A stretch of DNA of 64,000 bases from Candidatus Kuenenia stuttgartensis (GTDB lineage Bacteria > Planctomycetota > JAKEIC01 > DYIT01), in the NCBI GenBank assembly GCA_020723505.1, contig DYIT01000008.1, positions 14,579 to 78,578 on the forward strand, read 5' to 3'. Shown here piece after piece: positions 51,501 to 59,250 of this stretch; position 1 is the stretch's first letter; the number at the start of each line of letters is the position of its first letter. Made by a program: the position numbers and the translations under genes. The notes below the pieces were generated by a model. That model saw nothing but the letters and a program-made list of their open reading frames with translations, had not been told where the DNA came from and searched no databases.

Positions 51501-52811
51501 GTCGAACCTGGCGAGGGCGTCCTCGGCCTGCCCCATCTTGTCGCGGGTCTTCGGCTCCTTTCCGGCCTGTTCGGCGGCGGAAATCCTTTCCGGTATCTGC
51601 GTCTCCCGCTTGACTTGCCCGCGGTCCAAGAGCTCGCCGTATTCCGCGAAATCCGCGTCGCTGACGACCGGAACCTTCCCCTTGGCCCGCGGCGGGGCCG
51701 CGGGTTTCGGCGGGGGCGGCGGCTGGGGGGCGCGGGGCTTGCCCGCCTCCGGCGCGGGAGGCATGGGGCCGGGCGCCGGGGCCGGCGCTTTCGGGGCCTG
51801 TGCGGGTTTCTGCGGCGCGGGCGCCGGACGCGGTGGCTCCTCGGCCACGGGCATGGCCTCGGCCTCGTCGGACGTCGAGAACATGGCTGCGAGGATGGAT
51901 TTCGAATCCCTGCCCGGATCGAGCTTCCTGGGCTCCGTGCGGACGGTCTGGGGCTTCTGCGGCGCGGGCGCGGCGCCGGGGGCCGTGCCGAACGCCGAAT
52001 CGAGGGCCGAGACGGCTTCGGCGGCGGAGTCGAACCTCGCCGAGGGCTCCTTGGCCATGAGCCTGCGCACGTACGCGGCCATGGCTTGGGTGACGCCCGG
52101 GACCTCCGCGGCCAGGTCGGGCGGCTCCTCGGTCGCGTGCATCATGCGCACGGCCATCATCGACTCGGAGGTGAACGGGGGCCTTCCCGCGAGCATCTCG
52201 AACAGGACGAGTCCGGCGGCGTAGAGATCGGATCTCTCGTCGACCGGGGAATCGGACACATGCTCGGGGGTGATGTATTCCGCGGTTTCGATTTCGTACC
52301 CCGGCATTGCGACACCCGCCTCCGCGAGGAGGCGCTTGGAAATCCCGAAGCCCATGACCTTGGCCTGGCCTTTTCCGGTCACCATGACGCAGGCGGGGGA
52401 AAGCCCTCCGTGCACGAGGCCCGCCGAGTGCCCGGCCGCGAGCCCGAGAAGGATGCCCCGCATCACGGACGCGGCCTCGGCAGGGGCAAGGCGCCCCTTC
52501 TGCGAGACGAGGCGGGTCAGCGGCCCGCCGTCCACGAACTCGAGCACCGCGTACTGTATCCCCCTGTACTCGCCGGTCGAGACTATCCTCACGACGTTGT
52601 CGCTCTTGATGCCGGCGGCGGCCTCGAGGTCGCGGTTGAACCTCGACGCGGCCTCGTTCATCGTCGAGGGCAGCCGGGGAGGAAGGGCCTTCAGGGCGTA
52701 CGGGACGCCGTCCTTCTCCGCGGCATAGACGATGCCCGAGGCGCTCTTCCCGATGAGCTTCTTCACGCTTAGACCGGCGAATTCCGCGCCTGCAAGATGT
52801 TCGAATTCCAT
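48573..52811 (-). CDS. Kinase-fold (predicted pseudokinase) / TM / TPR / C-terminal FGE-sulfatase (formylglycine-generating-enzyme-like) domain protein
   Basis: Kinase fold with YALKAL, but the catalytic loop reads LVHGGLSPACVMV (no HRD Asp) and DFG reads VMGFGIS. TM segment ILAGAAAVLIAAVAGFFVI. TPR-like repeats follow. The C-terminus has EGEFGMGDD...RISRNEVTVAEYAAF...WPWG...NMAGNAAEWT...VVRGGDF...FVGFRCV, typical of FGE-sulfatase domains. Confidence 0.85.
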   Translation of the reverse strand: MEFEHLAGAEFAGLSVKKLIGKSASGIVYAAEKDGVPYALKALPPRLPSTMNEAASRFNRDLEAAAGIKSDNVVRIVSTGEYRGIQYAVLEFVDGGPLTRLVSQKGRLAPAEAASVMRGILLGLAAGHSAGLVHGGLSPACVMVTGKGQAKVMGFGISKRLLAEAGVAMPGYEIETAEYITPEHVSDSPVDERSDLYAAGLVLFEMLAGRPPFTSESMMAVRMMHATEEPPDLAAEVPGVTQAMAAYVRRLMAKEPSARFDSAAEAVSALDSAFGTAPGAAPAPQKPQTVRTEPRKLDPGRDSKSILAAMFSTSDEAEAMPVAEEPPRPAPAPQKPAQAPKAPAPAPGPMPPAPEAGKPRAPQPPPPPKPAAPPRAKGKVPVVSDADFAEYGELLDRGQVKRETQIPERISAAEQAGKEPKTRDKMGQAEDALARFDFIRAVFLLNQILAASPGDKAAAELLKKATALRDSYIRKTEEFERLMDKGSEKDIEKLAREILEIKPDDPGARNYVDSLETLRKEALKKEEAQRLVLKCYRLMERKSFDEVEAVIEQITALDAQNPDVAKLGEEIRAKRAKIAELRIASDEEIARKDYVRAIAALKELKSLLADPAEIDARIKEILAVQEKLDKLIENAERLWDDKAIEKAEVALQEVLDTSPENPRALKLKREVEGLKATVAGLREKAEGLFASGAFADARELYGKICRMRPGDYDAEQKTAQIEVILKDRAGARIRKISILAGAAAVLIAAVAGFFVIRGRNQGVIEEAETLYSQGRFDEAAAALDGLGDFLTDVSRRDELKARVRTAIEKSRPPDVKPGPGPGPGPAAGIKTLISAAEKLAAEGKWKEAFNAVEEAMKKGASEADIEPAVRAATIARILEEGAQSASAGDWAAALESYRKISRLDASMSAAAINGLFDEQIKASEPLKSSPDRHAEFLRKVGKAFGREEETEALVRKADEESGIGASRAARKGRDFKKAVEILRTAAGKNPAYASAIAAEIAAVAAEMKSLAEGLYAQGRFAEGVSILEQAKALFTDVDFEPSIKTGRMSLLLARGESEFNAGDVKAARKTFEEAALIGPNQNARDWLDRISILELTGKAEEQAAAMRWSEAVETYSKVLAVRKDHPEALKRIKELKALIGYGDRLSRMEALFVEGRYPEALAEADAAASSGADANRVAAKACAYLRQILKMAEIPEGEFGMGDDAGAERERPASVRKLGAFRISRNEVTVAEYAAFLATPAGKGHTPPDWEAQLKKKDLPVTAITLDDARAYAKSVFCEIPTEEEWERAARGQDGRAWPWGAEFGEGKANTYEAGRKGLAPVAEFAGDVSQTGCLNMAGNAAEWTESPFAAYPGSAKQIPPGKVVVRGGDFNFGKNYAKCSARRGLDPNVGKSFVGFRCVLRSFARSLLELE

Positions 52812-52830
52812 GATCGCACCTGGAACAGAG

Positions 52831-54036
52831 TTACCTCATCCCGACGGAGACGCCTGCAAGCATGGAGTCCTTGTCCACGTCCCCTTCGCCCGGGATTTGC
52901 TGTGTGAAGAATACGTCGATGTGGACCGGGCCGAACTTGAGCCCGAGCCCGAGATAGAAACCCGTGGATTCTGCCGTGAAGATGGAGGGGTCGTTGTCCG
53001 TGCCGATGAACGACTGGGTCACGCCGAACCTGAGGAACAGCGCGTTCGAATCCCCGTATTCCTCCCCCTCCTCGGGGCCTATGGCCCTGTACTCGAAACC
53101 GAACTTGAATACCGGGTAGCTGTGCGGAATCGCGTTCGGGAACTCGTCCGGGGAGTCGAAGAACAGCCAGGAGAACTCGACCGAATACGCAATCCTCTTG
53201 AAGAAGAGCGCGGAGAGGCCAATCGCCCCCTCCTGGGGGGGAGGCATGAACGCGCCGTCCGCGGCGACCTTGTAGCCCTGGTTCGGGAACGAGAGCGCGT
53301 CCCCGCCCGAGAGGCCCAGCACGCCCCTGTAGCGCACTCCGAAGTCTAGGTTCAGGAAGCCGCCCGACAGGGAGAAGATCAGCCCCAGGGAGACCGGCGC
53401 GGAAACGCGCATCCCCGAGAACGAGTCGGACTCGAGCAGGGCGCCGCCCGGCGACTGGTACAGCCCCCCCGTCGCGGCCGATGAGGACATGCCCAGTCCG
53501 ATTGACAGGCCGAGGGAAAGGCTCATTCCGCCGAGAGGCGTCCCGATGCCGCGGAGCGGATTCAAGGCGGCCGCCGCCAGCACCTCGGAGTAGTCCTCGC
53601 TGGATTTCATGGACAGGAACGCCGATCCGCCCGCGCCGGGCGCCACCTGGCGGACCCCGGAATACTCGAAACGCGGCCACGGCGTGCCGGCGGCCAGGCC
53701 CGCGCCGAACAGGCCGGGCCGGTCCTTTTCCCCGCCTTCCTCGAGCCAGGAGCATCCGATGAAGAACCGGTTGGTCGCGCCGTATTCTCCCGCGGAGTGG
53801 TCGGGCCTCTGCAGCATGCCGTAGGAGAACAGGAAATCGAAGCCGTGCCTTCCGCGTCCGAGCCCGGCCGGGTTCCAGTAGGCTGCGGAAGGCCCCTCGG
53901 CTTCGGCGGCCCACGCGCCGCCCTTGCCCAGGGGTCCGGCGTCGGGCCCGAGCGGGCCGAAGTCGGCCGCCGCCGGGGCTGCAAACGCCAAAATGCAGGC
54001 CAGGACAGCGGGCGCGAGAAGAGGTCTCCTGGACAT
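52831..54036 (-). CDS. Putative outer-membrane beta-barrel protein
   Basis: Signal peptide MSRRPLLAPAVLACILAFAAPAAA. The AAYWNPAGLG motif is seen in PorV/TraF/UPF0164-type barrels, and alternating beta-strand patterns run throughout. The family assignment is weak. Confidence 0.5.
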   Translation of the reverse strand: MSRRPLLAPAVLACILAFAAPAAADFGPLGPDAGPLGKGGAWAAEAEGPSAAYWNPAGLGRGRHGFDFLFSYGMLQRPDHSAGEYGATNRFFIGCSWLEEGGEKDRPGLFGAGLAAGTPWPRFEYSGVRQVAPGAGGSAFLSMKSSEDYSEVLAAAALNPLRGIGTPLGGMSLSLGLSIGLGMSSSAATGGLYQSPGGALLESDSFSGMRVSAPVSLGLIFSLSGGFLNLDFGVRYRGVLGLSGGDALSFPNQGYKVAADGAFMPPPQEGAIGLSALFFKRIAYSVEFSWLFFDSPDEFPNAIPHSYPVFKFGFEYRAIGPEEGEEYGDSNALFLRFGVTQSFIGTDNDPSIFTAESTGFYLGLGLKFGPVHIDVFFTQQIPGEGDVDKDSMLAGVSVGMR

Positions 54037-54081
54037 CTGCTTTTCCTCAATGGGGCCGGCCGGCGCAGCGCGGCGGCCGCC

Positions 54082-54897
54082 CTAGCCCATGACGAGCTTC
54101 TCGTATATTTCCCCGAGCGCGGACGGATCGATAATCACTTCCCTGGTCGCCTTCCTGTCGCCGAAGGAGATGCTGAACCTTATGGTGAGCCCCTTGCCCT
54201 CCTGCGACAGCTGCGCCTGGGAGTCGGTCAGCCTGAAAAGCGCCGTGCCGGAATCATCCGCCCTGAGGCTCATGCTTTTGTTCAGCTCCGGCAGAATCAC
54301 CGTCACCCGGGCGCCGGAGGCGATCTTGTCCTCTTTCTGCTCGATGACAGGGCTGTTCTCCACGTTCGGAGTCCCGGTGTCCTCGAACATGGCCGTCTTC
54401 CCGTACACGTTCGCCTTCACCGCCCATTCATCGGAATTGTAGGCGGGGTGTATGAACTCGAACGGCATCTTCATCAGGTTCCAGGACGTGAGCCTGCCGT
54501 CCTTTGCGTCCTTGGACAGGAGAAGCTCGAACGGGGCCATCAGCAGCCCGGCGGGAAGCGAGAGGAGGAACATGAAGGGCGACGAGACGACCTCGAGTAT
54601 CTCATTCCCGGCCTCATAGGGGTAGTATTCCCTGAGCACCTTGAACGTCTTCTGGACCCGGTATTCCTTCCTGAAGACCCAGGAAATCTTCAGCTTGACG
54701 AAGGGCTTCTCAGGGGTGGGAAGATTCAGCATCTCGACGTCGAGTTCGTCCTTGGAGACTTTTTCCTCTATCCGCTTCTCGGAGACGAGTTCGTTCCTGA
54801 CGGCCCCCGTGTACGAATTGCAGCCCGATCCGGCGGCCGAGGCCAGCATTGCGCCCAGGATGAGCCCCGGCAGCGCCGCGGAGGATGTGAACCTCAT
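54082..54897 (-). CDS. Hypothetical lipoprotein
   Basis: ATG 54897 (GGAGG 7 nt upstream) gives MRFTSSAALPGLILGAMLASAAGSGC (lipobox). The upstream track codons are not needed. Confidence 0.65.
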   Translation of the reverse strand: MRFTSSAALPGLILGAMLASAAGSGCNSYTGAVRNELVSEKRIEEKVSKDELDVEMLNLPTPEKPFVKLKISWVFRKEYRVQKTFKVLREYYPYEAGNEILEVVSSPFMFLLSLPAGLLMAPFELLLSKDAKDGRLTSWNLMKMPFEFIHPAYNSDEWAVKANVYGKTAMFEDTGTPNVENSPVIEQKEDKIASGARVTVILPELNKSMSLRADDSGTALFRLTDSQAQLSQEGKGLTIRFSISFGDRKATREVIIDPSALGEIYEKLVMG

Positions 54898-55094
54898 CAG
54901 TGACCTCCAAATCCGGGGCAAGCCGCGTTCCAGGCGTTGCCCCGGGGCCATTATATATGCGGAGGGGGCAAACACAATCTATTTCGGCCGAGGCTGCAAA
55001 CGCGAATGAGGTCGCGCGCCTCGTGGTCAACCCGGACATAAGCGGCTACAATGGCGGGTTCCCCGGCAAGTCAACCGTTTCATCCCGGTGATTC

Positions 55095-56021
55095 GTGAAG
55101 AAGGAGAAGAAGAGCAGGAGAAAGAGGAGGCTGAGGACGCTGGCGAACCGTCTTGGGTGGCTCGCGGCGCTCGTGCTCATCGCCATCCTCAGGCGCTGCG
55201 CCTTCGGCGCGGCCCTCTCTCTCGGGGCCGCGGCAGGCAGGCTCGCGTTCATGCTCTCGGGATCGGAAAGGCGGCACGCGCTTTCGAACCTCGCCGCTGC
55301 CTTCCCCGGCATGCCGGAAGCGGAGCGGCGCGAAATCGCGGCCAGGTCCTTCTCCAACATGGGCGCGTCGGCCGCGGCGGCGGTCTCGTTCTCCTTCATG
55401 AGTGACGAGGAGGCCGGCAGACGCGTCGCGAACCTCGGGGAAATCGTGGCCCAGCTCAACGGAGTGCTGTCGCGCGGCAAGGGGCTCATCGCCCTGACGG
55501 GGCATCTGGGCTGCTGGGAAGCGCTCGCAGGCCTTCCGACCCGAAGGCTCGAATGCGGCGTGAACGTGGTGGCGAACAGGCTCAACTACGGGCCGTTCAA
55601 CGACCTTCTCGAGAAATTCCGGGCTTCGTGGGGTCTCAAGACGATTTATCTTTCCGAATCTCCCCGTGAGATTGCCAGGGCGCTCAGGCGCAACGAAATC
55701 GTGGGGCTGCTTCCGGACCAGGACATAAGCTTCCTGCCCGGAGTGTTCGTGGACTTCTTCGGAAGGCCCGCATGGACGCCCGTGGGGCCGGTGCTGACCG
55801 CGAAGCTCTCCGGATCGCCGGTCTATCCGTATTTCCTCGTCCGCGAAGGGCGGGGCTTCAGGTTCGTCTGGGGCGAGGAAATCCCCATGGTCTTCGCCGG
55901 CAGGAGGAAGGAGGATCTGCTCGAAAACACGAAGCGCTGGTCCGCCGTGTTCGAGAGCTTCATCCGCCGATACCCCGACCAGTGGGCATGGAACCACAGG
56001 AGATGGAAGACCAGGCCATAA
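55095..56021 (+). CDS. Lipid A biosynthesis (Kdo)2-lipid IVA acyltransferase family protein (LpxL/LpxM/LpxP-like)
   Basis: Basic N-terminus plus TM, HX4E motif (LTGHLGCWE), LPDQD, and C-terminal YPDQWAWNHRRWK, typical of this family. GTG start. Confidence 0.8.
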   Translation: MKKEKKSRRKRRLRTLANRLGWLAALVLIAILRRCAFGAALSLGAAAGRLAFMLSGSERRHALSNLAAAFPGMPEAERREIAARSFSNMGASAAAAVSFSFMSDEEAGRRVANLGEIVAQLNGVLSRGKGLIALTGHLGCWEALAGLPTRRLECGVNVVANRLNYGPFNDLLEKFRASWGLKTIYLSESPREIARALRRNEIVGLLPDQDISFLPGVFVDFFGRPAWTPVGPVLTAKLSGSPVYPYFLVREGRGFRFVWGEEIPMVFAGRRKEDLLENTKRWSAVFESFIRRYPDQWAWNHRRWKTRP

Positions 56022-56111
56022 CGCAGCAAAGCCGCAACCCCTGCTTCGCTTGAGAGCCTTGATGAAGCTACGCAGGGCTTCGCGAAGGCCAATCGCGTTA
56101 AATCCCAACCA

Positions 56112-56145
56112 CCACACGAAGCGCAAAGTCCCATGCTTCGTGTGG
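56112..56145. repeat. REP-like hairpin CCACACGAAGC-N12-GCTTCGTGTGG
   Basis: Perfect 11-bp arms. It belongs to the same family as 14695-14728 and 14776-14809. Confidence 0.75.
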
Positions 56146-56147
56146 AA

Positions 56148-56174
56148 TCGTCATTCCGGCGGAAGCCGGAATCC
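56148..56174 (-). repeat. REP-like 27-mer (inverted copy of 37621-37647)
   Basis: The plus strand TCGTCATTCCGGCGGAAGCCGGAATCC is the reverse complement of GGATTCCGGCTT[C/T]CGCCGGAATGACGA. It directly abuts the preceding hairpin. Confidence 0.75.
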
Positions 56175-56221
56175 AGGGCCGGCGCATATGTGTCAATTTA
56201 AGAAACCATGGTAAGAGCTTT

Positions 56222-56345
56222 TTCGACGCTGAGAACGCTGATAGGAGGCTGAAAGACGCTGAACTTTCAAAACGGGTTTATTGCCGGTGTCTTCCTTTTG
56301 TAAACTCAGCGGGAATCAGTATCTTTCAGCGTTTTCAGTGTCGAA
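56222..56345. repeat. ~124-bp imperfect palindromic (MITE/REP-like) element, copy 2
   Basis: Arms TTCGACGCTGAGAACGCTGATAGG... and ...CTTTCAGCGTTTTCAGTGTCGAA. It is homologous to 22593-22702. Confidence 0.65.
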
Positions 56346-56521
56346 TGCCCTTTTCCGCATTACTTAAGTTGACACCTTGAGGGCCGCTGCCGCGAACCGG
56401 TGACCGTTGAACATAACCATGGCGCGTTCTTTCACTTCATCGAACCGCGGGCGGGGAAATTCGTTTATCATTCAATGGGCCCCGGTTTCCGGCCCAGTCC
56501 TTCATTAACCGGAGGTTCAAC

Positions 56522-57463
56522 ATGATTCGCTCGCTAATCGCATTTGCGGTGCTGTCGATCCCCGTCATGCTCTGCTGCACGGTTTCCGGGGAGGAGGCCG
56601 GGGCCGATTCCCCGCCCTCGAACCCCTTTGAAGGGTGCTGGCAGCGGGCCGACGACGCGGGATTCATGCTGAAAATCGAACGGGACAGGTTCGTGATTTC
56701 AACGCGAGGAAGGCTGCAGGCGGGGAGGATACTGCGCGCCGAAACCGGGGGTCTCCTGGTCAGGTTCGAGGGCATCCGCATGCTTCTCAGGCTCGAAATC
56801 GGGGAGGACGGGCGGCTCAAGGCCGACCTCATGCACCCGATAAAGCGGGGAAAGCTTGAATGGAAGACCTACGCGAAGATTGACCCGGCCCCGCCTGAGC
56901 TCGATCTCAAGCCCCTGGAGCTCGGCAAATCCGGCGAATTGGCCGCGGAAAGAACGGAAGAAATCAAAAGCAGCCTCGAACGGCGCATGAAGGAGGACCA
57001 GGCGGTCCGTAAGGATCAGAAGCGCATGCCCGACATGGCGAAGACTGACCGGGAGAACACCGCATGGCTCAGGAAGATCGGGGCGGAGGTCGGCTGGATT
57101 GACACGGCGCGTTTCGGGCCGGCCGCTGCCTCGGCTGCTTTCCTCATAGTGCAGCATTCCGGCGACCTCCCGTTCATGCTCGCGGCGCTGCCCGAAATCG
57201 GGAAGGACCTCAGGGCTTCGAAGGGCGACCCGCAGGCGTATGCGCTGCTCTACGACAGGGTGAGGATATTCCTCGGGGAGAAGCAGCGGTACGGGTCCCA
57301 GGTTGGGATGAACGAGAAGGGGAAACATGCAGTGCTTCCCCTCGAGGACGGAGCCAAGGTGGACGAGTTCAGGAAGGAGCTCGGTCTGCAGCCGCTTCGG
57401 GAGTATCTCGATTCGGTGGAGAAGATGACCGGAAGGGAAGTGGAAATCTCGTCGGAGGAGTAG
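56522..57463 (+). CDS. Secreted hypothetical protein
   Basis: Signal peptide MIRSLIAFAVLSIPVMLCCTVSG and SD GGAGG before the ATG. The C-terminal half (NTAWLRKIGAEVGWIDTARFG...AFLIVQHS...YALLYDRV) resembles a conserved DUF I cannot name with confidence. Confidence 0.7.
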   Translation: MIRSLIAFAVLSIPVMLCCTVSGEEAGADSPPSNPFEGCWQRADDAGFMLKIERDRFVISTRGRLQAGRILRAETGGLLVRFEGIRMLLRLEIGEDGRLKADLMHPIKRGKLEWKTYAKIDPAPPELDLKPLELGKSGELAAERTEEIKSSLERRMKEDQAVRKDQKRMPDMAKTDRENTAWLRKIGAEVGWIDTARFGPAAASAAFLIVQHSGDLPFMLAALPEIGKDLRASKGDPQAYALLYDRVRIFLGEKQRYGSQVGMNEKGKHAVLPLEDGAKVDEFRKELGLQPLREYLDSVEKMTGREVEISSEE

Positions 57464-57659
57464 GGGACCGCATGCCCTGCCGAAGGCGGAGCGGAGATTG
57501 CCCTGATTCGGAATTTTCACCCGATATTGGGGAATCCAGCGAAAATTCAGGATAAACGAGCCTCAGGCGAAGCCCTGACGGACAAGCGAAACGCGTTCCT
57601 TCATGGCGACGCATGCCGCTAATCTCTGATTCGCCGATTCCAACTCCTCACGAACCGTA

Positions 57660-57700
57660 TTTTTCGCGCCTTGGGCATAAAAGACAGGAGGCGCGAAAAT
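57660..57700. terminator. Hairpin with flanking A/T runs
   Basis: TTTTCGCGCC-N19-GGCGCGAAAA (10-bp perfect stem). It lies ~25 nt downstream of the stop (57726) of the minus-strand ATPase gene. Confidence 0.45.
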
Positions 57701-57725
57701 TACTGATAAGATTTATATTTTCACA

Positions 57726-59108
57726 TCACAGCTTCAAGGCGGAAACATCCAAAAGCCTCTCGTCGGACGACGTCTTTCTACGTTTCGAGAATCCGTTCCT
57801 TGCAGCCGCGCAGAAGGTGAGCTTCATGCCCGCGAAGGCAGGTTCGCGGCATGCCTTTTCACGCAGGCCGTCGAGCAGTCCGGGATCCGCGCGTCCGGAA
57901 CCCCACTTGAACTCGGCTATGAAGGCGTTTTTCCGTACCTCGTCGAGCAGGACCGCGTCGAACTCCGCCTCTCGGCTCCACTGGCGTCCTGCGGCTGCGG
58001 GTCTGAACGGCACGAAATCCGAAAGGGGAGGATCGAGCAGCATGCCGCGCAATACCGGTTCGACCGCCCTTGGCATTGAATCGCGGACACGGGCGAGGAT
58101 TTCGCGCATGGTTTCAGGGCCGGGCCCCCCACGCTCGATGGCGTCCCGGTATGGATGAACGAAGGCGAACCATGTCGCCACGAAAGGGTCGGATATCCGG
58201 TAAAGGCCGTTGCGGCTTTTATCCGGCTTGCGCTCGGTCACCGGGACCTCCCTTTCCACTAGGCCGAGTTCAGAGAGAGTTCCGAGGTAGCGGGACAGGT
58301 TCGCGCGGTCGAGCCCGGCTTTGGAGCAGATTTCCCCGAACTTCCGCGCCCCGCCCGCCATCGCGGCCAGAATCGAGTGATAGACCCTCGGCTCGCGCAG
58401 TTCCTCGCGCAGGAGGAACGGGATTTCCTCATAGAGGGGTTCGCCCCTGCGCAGGACTTTTTCCCGAAGGTTTTCCGCGAGGGAAAGCTCCGGGTTGAGC
58501 CTGCACAGGTATCCGGGAACGCCCCCAAAAAGCGCGGAGAGTTCCACTATTTCCGGCGTCTTCCAGCGAAAGGCTTCCTTCAGGCATCCGGCCGCGAGCG
58601 GTCCCAGGCGCAGTTGGCCGGTCCTGCGCCCGTAGAGCGGCGATCTCGGCGAAAGGAAGGTGCCTTCCATCACGGACACGGACGACCCGCAGAATACGAG
58701 TTTCAGGGGGCCCTTGGACAGCCGCCGGTCCCAGGATGCCTGGAGCATTCCCGGGAGGGACGGCTCGCCCTCGGCAAGATATGGGAACTCGTCCAGAACG
58801 AGTATGGACGGTTCCCGCACGGATTCGAGGAGCGCGGCGAGCCCCGCGGGCGAGCTCAGAGGCTGGGCTTCGAGAAGGGGGATGTCCCAGGCGACGGCGA
58901 GGCAGGCGGAAAGCCTGGCCAGTTCGTCCGACGTGGTGGACCTCGTGGCTACGTGGTAGGCTGCGCGCGGCAGGCCTTCGAGCAGCCGCCCGATGAGCGC
59001 GGATTTCCCTATCCGCCGGCGGCCGTAAAGCACGAACATGGAAGCGCCGGGCTTTTTCAGGTGGTCCCGGAGGATTCCGAGTTCGTTTTCCCTGTCTATG
59101 AAATCCAA
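57726..59108 (-). CDS. ATPase (archaeal-type ATPase domain + DUF234 architecture)
   Basis: FIDRENELGILRDHLKKPGASMFVLYGRRRIGKSALI (Walker A), LVLDEFPYL (Walker B), and a C-terminal winged-helix and DUF234-like tail. The start is a TTG. Confidence 0.75.
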   Translation of the reverse strand: MDFIDRENELGILRDHLKKPGASMFVLYGRRRIGKSALIGRLLEGLPRAAYHVATRSTTSDELARLSACLAVAWDIPLLEAQPLSSPAGLAALLESVREPSILVLDEFPYLAEGEPSLPGMLQASWDRRLSKGPLKLVFCGSSVSVMEGTFLSPRSPLYGRRTGQLRLGPLAAGCLKEAFRWKTPEIVELSALFGGVPGYLCRLNPELSLAENLREKVLRRGEPLYEEIPFLLREELREPRVYHSILAAMAGGARKFGEICSKAGLDRANLSRYLGTLSELGLVEREVPVTERKPDKSRNGLYRISDPFVATWFAFVHPYRDAIERGGPGPETMREILARVRDSMPRAVEPVLRGMLLDPPLSDFVPFRPAAAGRQWSREAEFDAVLLDEVRKNAFIAEFKWGSGRADPGLLDGLREKACREPAFAGMKLTFCAAARNGFSKRRKTSSDERLLDVSALKL

Positions 59109-59250
59109 CTGCGGGCTTTCAATTTAGCTGTAGACAAAGTATCATAATCAACCTACAGCTTCAAGTGAAGATTCCCGCTTTTCAAGATTTCAGGATACAG
59201 GATTCAAGTCCGGAGGCGGGGTAATCCGCGTCCTTCGGGAACAAACCGGA

